64,000 nt of DNA from positions 138,651 to 202,650 of the forward strand of contig JBBQZX010000007.1 in the NCBI GenBank assembly GCA_038207335.1. Direction: 5' to 3'. The position numbers were made by a program, and so were the translations under genes. This DNA comes from Chthoniobacterales bacterium. Lineage in GTDB: Bacteria; Verrucomicrobiota; Verrucomicrobiia; Chthoniobacterales; Chthoniobacteraceae. Shown here piece after piece: positions 37,458-47,014 of this stretch; the stretch's first letter is position 1, and each line of letters opens with the position of its first letter. A model generated the notes under the pieces. The model ran no database searches and was not told where the DNA came from. It saw only the letters and a list, made by a program, of their open reading frames with translations.

Positions 37458-37638
37458 TGCAGGGATGGCGGCGCTGTGCCCGCGGTCCGCTGGACTGGAC
37501 GGTGGGGCTCGCGCGGGGATGGATGGTTTTGGGAGACTCGGCTTCGGGGCTTGCCGCGGAGGGGCTTTGCGGGCGAGATCGCGAGTGCCGGAAAAAATGC
37601 GCGCGATCCTTCACTCCACTCAGCCGCAGTGGTGCCGC

Positions 37639-38655
37639 ATGGCCGGGACTCTGGCGTCGCGGGTGATTGCGGTCGCGGGGTTTTGCGCGGGCTTTGCGTT
37701 GACGGCGGCCGTGCTGCGACCTTTCGCTGAGCGCCTCCATGTGCCGCAGGTGACAGAGGGGCTTGATTTTCTCGCGGCGGATCGGGACGAGTTCGACACG
37801 CTTTTTGTCGGCTCCAGTCGGATCCGGCGGCAGGTGTCGCCCCGCGTTTTCGATGCGCGAATGCGCGCTCTCGGCCACCCGACGCACTCGCTGAATCTCG
37901 GGATCGATGCGATGACATTCCCCGAGTTATCGTATTTTTTCGATCAAATCCTCGCGGCTCGTCCGAGCGGCATCTCGCGGGTGATTTTCGACGTGAATCC
38001 GATCCGGCGAAAGATCGATCCCGGCAACGACGAGCACTCGCTGCGCGCGATCTACTGGCACGACTGGGAGCACACCGCACAGGCGTGCGAAGCGCTCTGG
38101 CACGACTACGGTGTCGCGCCGCTGGCGGTGGCGGAGCGGATGCGGGTCTTCGGGCTGCACCTGCGGATGTTCGCCGTCCGGGGGAGTCTCATCGGTCGCG
38201 GGACGCCGGGTCTGCAGAGGCGGTTGTATGCTGCGCCGGCGGAGGCATCGGCCGCGGACATGGGGCCCGAAGGGGATGGATTTTTTCCTGTTGCCGGCTC
38301 GATGGACGGCCCGGCGGCCGCGGAATATCTCCGCTTCCAGCGATCCTTGCCACCGCCGGATGCGCGCCCGGTTCATCGCGATCCGCTTCATGACCGGGCG
38401 CTCCGCGAGCTTGCAGCGAAAGTGCGACGTGCGGGTGCCCGTCCGATCTTTCTCATCTCGCCGACACCCGCGAAAACGCGCCCGTCGGTGCCTCGCGGTG
38501 TGACTGTGCTGGAATTCGACGATCCGGCCGCAGTGCCCACGCTCTTTGCCGCGGAGAACCGCTACGACGCAAATCACCTGAATACCGCCGGCGCGCTCCG
38601 GTATTCCGCGATGGTCGCCGAGGCGCTCGTCACCGCTCCTGAAAGCGCGGAGTGA
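37639..38655 (+). CDS. Membrane-anchored SGNH-hydrolase-like protein (possible glycan O-acyl modifier)
   Basis: N-terminal TM; FVGSSR, LNLG, DANHLN..GA. Confidence 0.72.
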   Translation: MAGTLASRVIAVAGFCAGFALTAAVLRPFAERLHVPQVTEGLDFLAADRDEFDTLFVGSSRIRRQVSPRVFDARMRALGHPTHSLNLGIDAMTFPELSYFFDQILAARPSGISRVIFDVNPIRRKIDPGNDEHSLRAIYWHDWEHTAQACEALWHDYGVAPLAVAERMRVFGLHLRMFAVRGSLIGRGTPGLQRRLYAAPAEASAADMGPEGDGFFPVAGSMDGPAAAEYLRFQRSLPPPDARPVHRDPLHDRALRELAAKVRRAGARPIFLISPTPAKTRPSVPRGVTVLEFDDPAAVPTLFAAENRYDANHLNTAGALRYSAMVAEALVTAPESAE

Positions 38656-38704
38656 AGCCAGCCTTGCCAAGGCCGCTCGCGATCCGCAAAAACTTGCCTG
38701 TCTC

Positions 38705-39316
38705 ATGAGCAGCGACCGCAAAAATCTTTTCGTCAGCGAGGGTCTCGTCACGCCGCCGCAGCGCTGGCAGCAGGCGGGGCAAAAGGGATGCGTCGTGTGG
38801 TTCACGGGGTTGTCGGGCTCGGGGAAATCGACGCTTTCGCGCGAGGTGGAGCGCGAGCTTTTCGCACGCGGGCTGCGCGCGTTTCTGCTCGATGGCGATA
38901 ATCTCCGCCGCGCGCTGAATGCCGATCTCGGCTTCTCGCACGCGGATCGCACGGAAAATATCCGTCGCACCGCCGAGGTCGCGCGCCTGCTGGCGATGGC
39001 GGGGGAGGCGACGATCACGGCGTTCATCTCGCCGTACCGCGAGGATCGTGAAAAGGCCCGCGGCATCGCGGCGGCGAGCGGGTGCGACTTTTACGAGGTC
39101 TTCATCGATGCGCCGCTGGCGGTCTGCGAGTCACGCGACCCGAAGCACCTCTACGCCCGTGCGCGCGCCGGGGAGATTGCGGAATTCACCGGCATTAGCG
39201 CTCCATACGAAGCGCCCGAACGGCCCGATATCCACGTCCGCACCGCGGAATCGGGCGTGCCGGAATGCGTCGCCCAGATCGTCGATTTTCTCCTCCCCCG
39301 GCTGCGTATCGACTGA
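38705..39316 (+). CDS. cysC: Adenylyl-sulfate kinase
   Basis: [45 protein letters not shown]. Confidence 0.96.
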   Translation: MSSDRKNLFVSEGLVTPPQRWQQAGQKGCVVWFTGLSGSGKSTLSREVERELFARGLRAFLLDGDNLRRALNADLGFSHADRTENIRRTAEVARLLAMAGEATITAFISPYREDREKARGIAAASGCDFYEVFIDAPLAVCESRDPKHLYARARAGEIAEFTGISAPYEAPERPDIHVRTAESGVPECVAQIVDFLLPRLRID

Positions 39317-39458
39317 TCCCGCACAGCCCGAGCAGGGCAAAACGGCTTGCCTTTCCCCCCGTCCTGCCAAAGCGTTGCCGCCCTCGCGCTGCGGCAACCG
39401 AGCCCGCCGAGAAACCGCACCCGGCCGCTCAGCACCGAACTCCGCCACACCCGCACGA

Positions 39459-40322
39459 ATGCCCGACTCGCCCAGCGCGCCACCTATCACATGGACGAAA
39501 ATCATCGTCCCGGCGCGCAACGCCTTCGACATCTCTTGGCGCGAACTCTGGGCCTACCGCGACCTCATCCGCCTGCTCGCAAAGCGCGACATTTCCGCCG
39601 GCTACATGCAGACCGTGCTCGGCCCGTTCTGGTTCATCCTCCAGCCCATCCTCACGACTGCCGTCTTCAGCTTTCTCTTTGGCCGCATGGCGAAGATGGG
39701 CACCGAAAACATCCCGCATTTCCTCTTCTACATGAGCGGTCTCATGGCATGGGGCTACTTCGCCGAATGCGTGAATAAGACCTCGATGACCTTCCTTCGC
39801 AACGCCCCGATCTTCTCCAAGGTCTATTTCCCGCGCCTCGCCGTTCCCTTCTCCATCATCCTCACAAACCTTCTCGGTTTTCTCATCCAGCTCGGCATCT
39901 TTCTTGTCGCGCTCGCCTTTTACATGTGGAAAGGCGCGCCCGTGCATCCAAACTGGCGCATCGTCCTACTGCCTGCGCTGCTCATCCAGATGGCTATGCT
40001 AGGCATTGGCACCGGCTGCATCGTCGCCTCGCTCACCACGCGCTACCGCGACCTATCGCTAGGTGTCGGCTTCGGCGTGCAACTCTGGATGTATGCCAGT
40101 TCCATCGTCTTTCCCATCTCGCGCATCGCGCCGGATGACCGCTGGATTTTCTACCTCAATCCCATGGTGCCAGTGGTCGAATCCTTTCGCTTTGCCTTCC
40201 TCGGCACGGGCCTTGTCGAGCCCATCCATCTCATCGTCAGCTTCGGCGTCAGCCTTTGCATCATGCTGCTGGGTCTCTCCATGTTCCATCGCACCGAGCA
40301 GACGGCCATGGATGCCGTCTGA
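39459..40322 (+). CDS. wzm: ABC-2 polysaccharide export permease
   Basis: ELWAYRDL...KRD...YMQTVLG..W..LQP, KVYFPR, YRD, LNPM. Confidence 0.93.
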   Translation: MPDSPSAPPITWTKIIVPARNAFDISWRELWAYRDLIRLLAKRDISAGYMQTVLGPFWFILQPILTTAVFSFLFGRMAKMGTENIPHFLFYMSGLMAWGYFAECVNKTSMTFLRNAPIFSKVYFPRLAVPFSIILTNLLGFLIQLGIFLVALAFYMWKGAPVHPNWRIVLLPALLIQMAMLGIGTGCIVASLTTRYRDLSLGVGFGVQLWMYASSIVFPISRIAPDDRWIFYLNPMVPVVESFRFAFLGTGLVEPIHLIVSFGVSLCIMLLGLSMFHRTEQTAMDAV

Positions 40323-40340
40323 CCTAGCCTCGCGCCTGCC

Positions 40341-41591
40341 ATGTCCGTTGTTGTCAAAGTAGAAAATCTCTCCAAGCAATTCCGTCTCGGGATGCTCAAT
40401 CGCCGCACGTTCTTCGCCGGCCTCCGCGAGCGTTTTGGAGCGAAAAAGACCGACTCCTCCGCTCCTGCGACTGATGACTTCTGGGCGCTCCGGGATGTCT
40501 CCTTTGAAGTCAACGAAGGTGACGTGCTGGGCATCCTCGGTCGCAACGGCGCAGGTAAATCGACGCTCCTGAAAATTCTTTCGCAGATCACCGCGCCTAC
40601 CTCCGGGCGCGTCTTTTTGAAAGGTCGCGTCGCCAGTCTTCTAGAAGTCGGCACCGGCTTTCATCCCGACCTCACAGGCCGAGACAATGTCTTTCTCAAC
40701 GGCGCGATCCTCGGCATGACGCGCCGCGAAATTGCCGCAAAGTTCGACGAAATCGCTGAGTTCTCCGGCGTCGAGCGCTTTCTCGACACGCCTGTGAAGC
40801 GCTACTCCAGCGGCATGAAAGTGCGCCTCGCCTTCGCCGTCGCCGCGCACCTCGAGCCTGAGATACTCATCATCGATGAAGTGCTGGCCGTCGGCGACGT
40901 CGCCTTTCAGCAAAAGTGCATCGGCAAAATCGGCGACGTCGCGCGCAATGGGCGCACCGTTCTCTTTGTCAGTCACAATGCCGCAGCCGTCGAAAGCCTT
41001 TGCACGCGCGGCATCGTGCTGGAGGGGGGAAAGGTGAGTTTTGAAGGAACACAATCCCAAGCTATCACCGCCTACTCCACGAGCTACGGAGCCGCCGCCC
41101 AATCGCTCGCCGACCGCCCCGATCGCACAGGCAACGGCGACGCGCGCATCACCTCGATCGAACTGCGCGACGAAGAAGGGCGCACCCTGCACCACGCGCT
41201 TTCCGGCAAGACCCTCGACCTATGGTTTCACTACGAGCGCCACAGCGAGCGGAGCTATCCAAATCTCAACATGCGGATCAACGTGACGACACAGCTAGGC
41301 GCACCGGTCTTCACACAGTCCAATCATCTCACCGGTCATAGCTTTTCCACCTTGCCCGAGCGCGGCGCATTCGTCTGCCGCATCCCGCGCCTGCCGCTCC
41401 CCGAATCGACCTACCGCGTCGATTACGCCCTCAACTCGGATTACAAGCACTTCGATAGTCTCGACCGCCTACTCAACGCCCTGGAACTCCACGTCGAGCG
41501 AGGCGATTACTTCAAGACCGGACAAGTCGCAGGCATCAAAACCGGTGTCTGCCTCGTCGATGCCCAGTGGCGTCTGGAACTCATCCCATGA
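40341..41591 (+). CDS. wzt: Polysaccharide export ATPase with C-terminal extension
   Basis: FWALRDVSF, GRNGAGKST, PVKRYSSGM, IIDEVLAVGD, VSH; long C-terminal domain. Confidence 0.95.
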   Translation: MSVVVKVENLSKQFRLGMLNRRTFFAGLRERFGAKKTDSSAPATDDFWALRDVSFEVNEGDVLGILGRNGAGKSTLLKILSQITAPTSGRVFLKGRVASLLEVGTGFHPDLTGRDNVFLNGAILGMTRREIAAKFDEIAEFSGVERFLDTPVKRYSSGMKVRLAFAVAAHLEPEILIIDEVLAVGDVAFQQKCIGKIGDVARNGRTVLFVSHNAAAVESLCTRGIVLEGGKVSFEGTQSQAITAYSTSYGAAAQSLADRPDRTGNGDARITSIELRDEEGRTLHHALSGKTLDLWFHYERHSERSYPNLNMRINVTTQLGAPVFTQSNHLTGHSFSTLPERGAFVCRIPRLPLPESTYRVDYALNSDYKHFDSLDRLLNALELHVERGDYFKTGQVAGIKTGVCLVDAQWRLELIP

Positions 41592-42496
41592 ATCGCCGCG
41601 CACCATTCGAGTTCCTCTGCATCGGCGCGCAAAAGGCGGGCACGACATGGCTTTGGGAAATGCTGCGGCATCATCCGCAGGTCTGGATGCCGCCCTACAA
41701 GGAGCTGCACTACTTTGACCGCGCCACCACCTATCCCTCGAATAGCTTCCTCGCTGACAACAACCCACTCACCCGCCTGCTAGGCCGCGAGCCGCGCCAC
41801 CGCGAGCTCCGCGGCATCGAAAAACAGCTACTCCAGCAAGCATGGAAGCAGCGCGACCTCAAAGCGCTCCGCTGGGCGCTCAACTTCACCTTCGGAACGT
41901 ATGGCGACGCGTGGTATGCTTCTCTCTTTGCCGGAAGCACAGCCCGGATGCGCGGCGAAATCACGCCCTCCTATTCCATCCTGGACGTCGAAGACATCGC
42001 GCGCATCCATCGCCTCGCCCCCGATCTCAAAGTCATCTTCCTCATGCGCAACCCCATCGAGCGTGCATGGTCGCAGATTCGCTTTGACTGGACACGCGGC
42101 GCATTCGACGCGATCGACGACATGGAAAGCGTCCGCGCTTTCATCCAAAGCCCACGCCAGGAACTCCGTAGCAACTATCTCCGCACCCTCGACCTCTGGG
42201 AAAGCGTGTTCCCCAAAGCGCAAATCCACTGCGGCTTCTACGACGACATCTCCACGCAGCCCAAAGTCATGCTCACCACAGTCCTCGAGTTCCTGGGGAT
42301 CGACGCCAGCGCGGAGTTTGTCTCGGGCATCCTCGGCCGCAAATTCCACGTCTCAAAGGAAAAGGAAATCCCCGCTGAAATCCGCGCATTCCTAGCCGAA
42401 AAATACCACCCGGAGATCGTGAAGCTCAGCGACCGCTTCGGAGGAGTTGCCCTGAAATGGCGGGAGGATGTCGCCGCGATGAAGAGCCAATCCTGA
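41588..42496 (+). CDS. Sulfotransferase
   Basis: CIGAQKAGTTWL (5'-PSB), KELHYFD, GEITPSY, MRNPIERAWS (3'-PB). Confidence 0.9.
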   Translation: MNRRAPFEFLCIGAQKAGTTWLWEMLRHHPQVWMPPYKELHYFDRATTYPSNSFLADNNPLTRLLGREPRHRELRGIEKQLLQQAWKQRDLKALRWALNFTFGTYGDAWYASLFAGSTARMRGEITPSYSILDVEDIARIHRLAPDLKVIFLMRNPIERAWSQIRFDWTRGAFDAIDDMESVRAFIQSPRQELRSNYLRTLDLWESVFPKAQIHCGFYDDISTQPKVMLTTVLEFLGIDASAEFVSGILGRKFHVSKEKEIPAEIRAFLAEKYHPEIVKLSDRFGGVALKWREDVAAMKSQS

Positions 42497-43371
42497 TGCG
42501 CCTCTCCGCATACTTCGGCAAAGAACATCTAATCCGCGATGCGGAAGTGAGCTTCGGTTTTCCACCTTCGACCAGACGCGCTGGCTCTTTCAGTTATGTG
42601 ACTAGCCACACCGCGCTCGAAACTGCAAACGCAAACGAGAATGTCTCCGCAATCTTCACGACCCCAGAAATGGCCGGAGGTGTCATTGCCAGCAAAGGCT
42701 GCATCGCAGTCGAGCTACCCCAGTTTTCATTCTACCAGTTTCACAACGCGCTTTGCCGTTCCGGCACCTTCCGCGACAACAAGATCGCTCCCTCGGCGAC
42801 GATCCACCCGACTGCAGTTCTAGGACGAAACGTGCAAGTCGCACCGGGCGTTTGCATCGGGGCTCATGCTGTCATCGAAGACGACACGATCATCGGCAAT
42901 GACAGCCTGATCGGGCCAAATACCGTCATCGGCGGACGCGGGTTGCAGGACACATTCGTCGATGGGAGAAATGTGCTGGTAGAATTCGCGGGCGGGGTCC
43001 GCATCGGCGCGCGGTGTGAAATACTCAGCGGCGTGCTCATACAACGTCCTTACCTTTCTGAATATACCGAGATATCCGACGACACGAAGCTGGGACCGGG
43101 AGCAAGCATTGGACACTCGTGCTACGTAGGACGCGCCGCGCTCATCGGCGCGCGCAGTGTCGTCGCTGGAAATTGCCGCATCGGCGAAGGCGTCTGGCTC
43201 GGTGCCGGCGCGATCGTTTCCGATGCCATTGCGATCGGCGACCGCGCGCGCATCCAGCTCGGCAGCGTTGTTGTCCGCGATGTCGCAGCCGACGAAGTAG
43301 TCTCGGGGAACTTTGCGCTGCCACACGCCCAACACCTTCGCATCCACACCCGGCAGCTCTATGCCCACTGA
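42496..43371 (+). CDS. LpxD-like hexapeptide-repeat acyltransferase
   Basis: Left-handed beta-helix repeats (IHPTAVLG, IGAHAVIE, GGVRIG, IGHSCYVG) after an LpxD-like N-terminal region; TGATG coupling. Confidence 0.82.
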   Translation: MRLSAYFGKEHLIRDAEVSFGFPPSTRRAGSFSYVTSHTALETANANENVSAIFTTPEMAGGVIASKGCIAVELPQFSFYQFHNALCRSGTFRDNKIAPSATIHPTAVLGRNVQVAPGVCIGAHAVIEDDTIIGNDSLIGPNTVIGGRGLQDTFVDGRNVLVEFAGGVRIGARCEILSGVLIQRPYLSEYTEISDDTKLGPGASIGHSCYVGRAALIGARSVVAGNCRIGEGVWLGAGAIVSDAIAIGDRARIQLGSVVVRDVAADEVVSGNFALPHAQHLRIHTRQLYAH

Positions 43372-43975
43372 GTTCCCGCTTTCGCTGAATTTCAAAGGCT
43401 CGCGCACCTACCTGCAAGGGCCGGACATCCACGATGCCGTCTGCGATTTGCTCGCCGCCGAGGGCTACAGCGCCATTTGCAAAGTAGATTTGATTTTTCG
43501 CAAACTCGCGGAGACACAACTCAAAGCAACTGTCTATTTGGATGAGGCAATCCCTGAATCGTCGGCGAACGCCGTCTTCCGCTGCACTTTTAAAGACAAC
43601 CAAGTCACCGTCTTCTTGAACGAGACGGGGGACGAGGTTCTCGGTCGTGTGAGCTACGATGAAGAGTCGATGATCGAGAAAGCCACACTCGATGCAGGGC
43701 AACGAACAATCTCCGTCGAGCCCCAGGCCGGCTTCTCAAACATCGAAACCGTCGTCTCGCTCAACAAAACCCTGCTCCGCGCCTTGTTTCCGGAAGCCAC
43801 GGGACGCTGGATATTCACCCGGCTCCAACTACCATCGTCGATTCGCCACACCACTTGGCGGCGGTTGGAAGTTCGGTTCCTCGACCATTCGAATTTCCGC
43901 ATCACTCGTTCCAAACTGTTCGGCGATGGTGTGCCACTTGGCACTCTTTATTTTTCGCTGCTTCCGTCGCCATGA
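43361..43975 (+). CDS. Hypothetical protein, possibly hotdog-fold
   Basis: FKGSRTYLQGPDI motif, beta-rich; overlaps both neighbours. Confidence 0.65.
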   Translation: MPTEFPLSLNFKGSRTYLQGPDIHDAVCDLLAAEGYSAICKVDLIFRKLAETQLKATVYLDEAIPESSANAVFRCTFKDNQVTVFLNETGDEVLGRVSYDEESMIEKATLDAGQRTISVEPQAGFSNIETVVSLNKTLLRALFPEATGRWIFTRLQLPSSIRHTTWRRLEVRFLDHSNFRITRSKLFGDGVPLGTLYFSLLPSP

Positions 43976-44922
43976 GCACTATCGGGATCAAAGGCATCGG
44001 ATGCTACATTCCGGAAGCTCGCGCAAACAACGCCGAGCGGCTTTCGGACTTCGAAATCGAAGAGTCATTCCTCATCGACAAGCTAGGCGTTCGGCAGCGA
44101 GCAATCAAAGCTCCCGGCGAAGACACACTCGCGCTCTGCCTCAACGCCTTTGAAAATCTTCAATCCCATGCACCGCTCGCAATAGATCAAATCGACTGCC
44201 TAGTCGTAGTCACTCAAAATCCCGGCATCAGAATCCCGCATGTCTCTGCCCGCCTGCACGGCGCACTCGGTGTGGGAGAAACATGCGCCTGCTTCGACAT
44301 TTCGCTCGGTTGCTCCGGCTACGTCTATAGCCTCTCCGCCATTGAGTCATTCATGTCCGCCAACGACCTCCGCAACGGTCTCCTTTTTACCGCCGATCCT
44401 TACTCCCCGATCATCGACGCCGCCGACAAAAACACCGCCCTCCTTTTCGGTGACGCCGCGACCTGCACCCATCTCGGCTCTGACCCGGTCTTCGAAACCG
44501 GCAAGTTCACCTTCGGCACCATCGGCACCGAATCCGCCGAACTCACCTGCCCCGGCAGTGGCAGCCTCTCGATGAATGGCCGCGCTGTCTTCAACTTCGC
44601 AGCCAAGACAATCCCCGGCGACATCCGCAACCTCCTCGAACGCAACCAAACAGACCTCGCCGCCATCGATCGATTCATCTTTCACCAAGGCAGCAAATAC
44701 ATCGTCGATACCTTGACCAAGCTGATGCGGCTCGATCCGTCGAAGGTCGCGCTGGACATCCTGGACTACGGCAACACCGTCTCCTCCTCGATCCCGTTAA
44801 TCCTTGCCCAGGAGCTGGAGCGCCCTCACATTCGCCGCGTCGTGCTGAGCGGATTCGGCGCGGGCCTCTCATGGGCCAGCGCGCTGCTGACTCGCACCGA
44901 TCCTCATGCCAGTCACCATTGA
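43972..44922 (+). CDS. FabH-like 3-oxoacyl-ACP synthase III
   Basis: FDISLGCSGY (Cys), LFGDAA, MNGRAVF, FHQGS (His), YGNTVSSSIP (Asn), GFGAGLSW. Confidence 0.93.
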   Translation: MSTIGIKGIGCYIPEARANNAERLSDFEIEESFLIDKLGVRQRAIKAPGEDTLALCLNAFENLQSHAPLAIDQIDCLVVVTQNPGIRIPHVSARLHGALGVGETCACFDISLGCSGYVYSLSAIESFMSANDLRNGLLFTADPYSPIIDAADKNTALLFGDAATCTHLGSDPVFETGKFTFGTIGTESAELTCPGSGSLSMNGRAVFNFAAKTIPGDIRNLLERNQTDLAAIDRFIFHQGSKYIVDTLTKLMRLDPSKVALDILDYGNTVSSSIPLILAQELERPHIRRVVLSGFGAGLSWASALLTRTDPHASHH

Positions 44923-45163
44923 ACAACTCCGCGAAATCATCGCGAAAGCGGAAATCACCGAAAAAGCCCCAGCCGTCTTCGATCCCGCTATTCCCCTGAG
45001 ACAGCAAGGGATCGACTCGCTGGACATGGCCACATTCGTCTTCTTCATCGAGACCGAACTCGACCTCTCCATCCCTCACAAAGAATACAAACGGCTCACC
45101 ACGCTGGATGAAATCGCCACTGCGCTGACCGAAAATCGCGCAGAGTGGGCCAGCAAAAAATGA
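44906..45163 (+). CDS. Acyl carrier protein
   Basis: 85 aa, acidic, GIDSLD phosphopantetheine site. Confidence 0.9.
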   Translation: MPVTIEQLREIIAKAEITEKAPAVFDPAIPLRQQGIDSLDMATFVFFIETELDLSIPHKEYKRLTTLDEIATALTENRAEWASKK

Positions 45164-45179
45164 GCCGACTCCAGGCGTG

Positions 45180-45866
45180 ATGTCGAAGATCGCGGCGAGA
45201 CTGATCGATGCCTTGGAGCGCCTTCAGCCAGCGCCGGAGAGGAAGATATTCTGCATCGGTCGCAACAAGACGGGCACGACTTCGCTGAAGAAGGCATTGG
45301 AGGACTTTGGATACACAGTCGGCTGTCAGCACACTGCCGAGAAGCTCTTCCGGCACTACAAGGACCGCGACTTCCGTCCGCTCATCGACTACTGCGCGTC
45401 GGCTACCGCATTCCAAGACATTCCTTTCAGCCTTCCCTACACCTTCGGCGCGCTCGATCAGGCCTTTCCCGGCAGCAAGTTCATCCTCACGATTCGCGAT
45501 GAGGCTGAGTGGTTCGACTCACTCGTGCGCTTTCAGGCGAAAATGCACGGCGATGGGAAAACTCCCACTCTCGAGCAACTCCAAAACGATCCCTACTGCT
45601 ACAAGGGCTTCGCCTACGAGACGAAGAAGTATGCCTACAACCTCCGGGACGATGACCTCTACAATCGCGACGTCTGGATCGAGCACTACCGCCGCCACAA
45701 TGCAATGGTTGCGGACTACTTCCGCTTTCGCCCGGATGACCTGCTGACCATCGACGTCAGCGAGCCCGAGTCTTATGGAAAGCTCTGCCTCTTCCTAGGC
45801 CAGGAGCCGCGCTTCGAGACCTTTCCCTGGGAGAATCAGAACGTCTCCGCGCCTTCCGGCGGGTAA
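45180..45866 (+). CDS. Sulfotransferase family protein (second type)
   Basis: KIFCIGRNKTGTTSL, FQDIPF, FPGSKFILTIRD..WFDS, LCLFLG, FPWEN. Confidence 0.85.
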   Translation: MSKIAARLIDALERLQPAPERKIFCIGRNKTGTTSLKKALEDFGYTVGCQHTAEKLFRHYKDRDFRPLIDYCASATAFQDIPFSLPYTFGALDQAFPGSKFILTIRDEAEWFDSLVRFQAKMHGDGKTPTLEQLQNDPYCYKGFAYETKKYAYNLRDDDLYNRDVWIEHYRRHNAMVADYFRFRPDDLLTIDVSEPESYGKLCLFLGQEPRFETFPWENQNVSAPSGG

Positions 45867-47014
45867 TGAGTTCGCTGCTGCCGCAGTCCCCACTTCCCCC
45901 GCATCCGGGAGGCCGCGCCGAAAAGCTGCACGCGCTAACCGGCCTGCGCTTCGCAGCGGCGGCGATGATCGACGTTCACCACTCGCGCCGCGTCCTCTGG
46001 CTATCGCCCGCTTTTCTCCGAGCCGTCTCGCTGCAATGCGGCGTGTCGTTCTTCTTTGTCCTGAGCGGCTTCATCCTGACTCACGTCTATCCGACCCTCA
46101 GCGCGCCGGGCGCGACACGGCGTTTCCTCATCGCCCGGTTCGCGCGCGTTTGGCCCGCGCACGCCTTCACATTTCTCCTCACGATCGCGCTAGGCCTGCA
46201 CGCGGCTGCGTCGCCACTCATCACCGCCGCAAATGCCCTCATGCTTCACGCATGGGTACCTGTCACGGCTTGGTTCTTCTCCTATAACTCCGTCAGTTGG
46301 AGCATCTCCACGGAACTTTTCTTCTACTTCGCCTTCCCGCTGCTCATCCTCCGCCTTCCGCAAACATGGTGGTGGAAAGCTGCGGCCGTGGTCATCGTCG
46401 TAGCTCTTCTCGTTTCATTCTGCGACCGGGCAAACATCCCCGGCTTCGAGTCCAGCGGTCCTTTCGAGATCAACCTCGCCGGCATCCTCTACATCAGCCC
46501 GCTCGCGCGCCTTGCCGAGTTCTTCCTAGGCATGGTCGCGGCCATGCTTTGGAAACGTCACTCGCCACGCTTTCACCTCCGCACCCTCAGCGCGACCGCG
46601 CTGGAATGCGCCGCCCTGGCTCTGTGTGCGGTCGCCATCGTCGCCGCCTCCAGCAAAGCCACGCTGCAAGCCCATCTCGGCGACGCATGGGCCACGTACA
46701 TCCGGCACGGCGGCGCGGCACCCGCGTTCGCCATCCTCATCGTTCTATTCGCCTCACAAATGGCACTCATCTCGCGCGCGTTTGGCTCGGGTACCATGAT
46801 CCTCCTCGGTGAAATCAGCTTTTCCATTTACCTCCTCCACCAGATTTTCCTCCGCTGGATCGTCACCCATCGCCCACTCCTTCCCATGAGCGACGGCCTG
46901 CTCTACGCCCTTTTTTGCGCCGCGCTCGTCATCTCATCGTCGCTGGTGTGGCGACTCGTCGAGCGGCCAGCTCGCGGCTTTTTGTTGAAGTTCGCACTCC
47001 CTCCGCAAGCATGA
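45866..47014 (+). CDS. Acyltransferase-3 (OafA-like) membrane O-acyltransferase
   Basis: LTGLRFAAA, VSFFFVLSGFIL, RFARVWP, WSISTELFFY, LGEISFSIYLLH, VERP. Confidence 0.9.
   Translation: MSSLLPQSPLPPHPGGRAEKLHALTGLRFAAAAMIDVHHSRRVLWLSPAFLRAVSLQCGVSFFFVLSGFILTHVYPTLSAPGATRRFLIARFARVWPAHAFTFLLTIALGLHAAASPLITAANALMLHAWVPVTAWFFSYNSVSWSISTELFFYFAFPLLILRLPQTWWWKAAAVVIVVALLVSFCDRANIPGFESSGPFEINLAGILYISPLARLAEFFLGMVAAMLWKRHSPRFHLRTLSATALECAALALCAVAIVAASSKATLQAHLGDAWATYIRHGGAAPAFAILIVLFASQMALISRAFGSGTMILLGEISFSIYLLHQIFLRWIVTHRPLLPMSDGLLYALFCAALVISSSLVWRLVERPARGFLLKFALPPQA

Noticed and set aside
43972..45163. Secondary-metabolite (PKS) cluster
   Set aside because: Only a KAS III and an ACP, embedded in a Wzm/Wzt glycan locus; better explained as glycan acylation.
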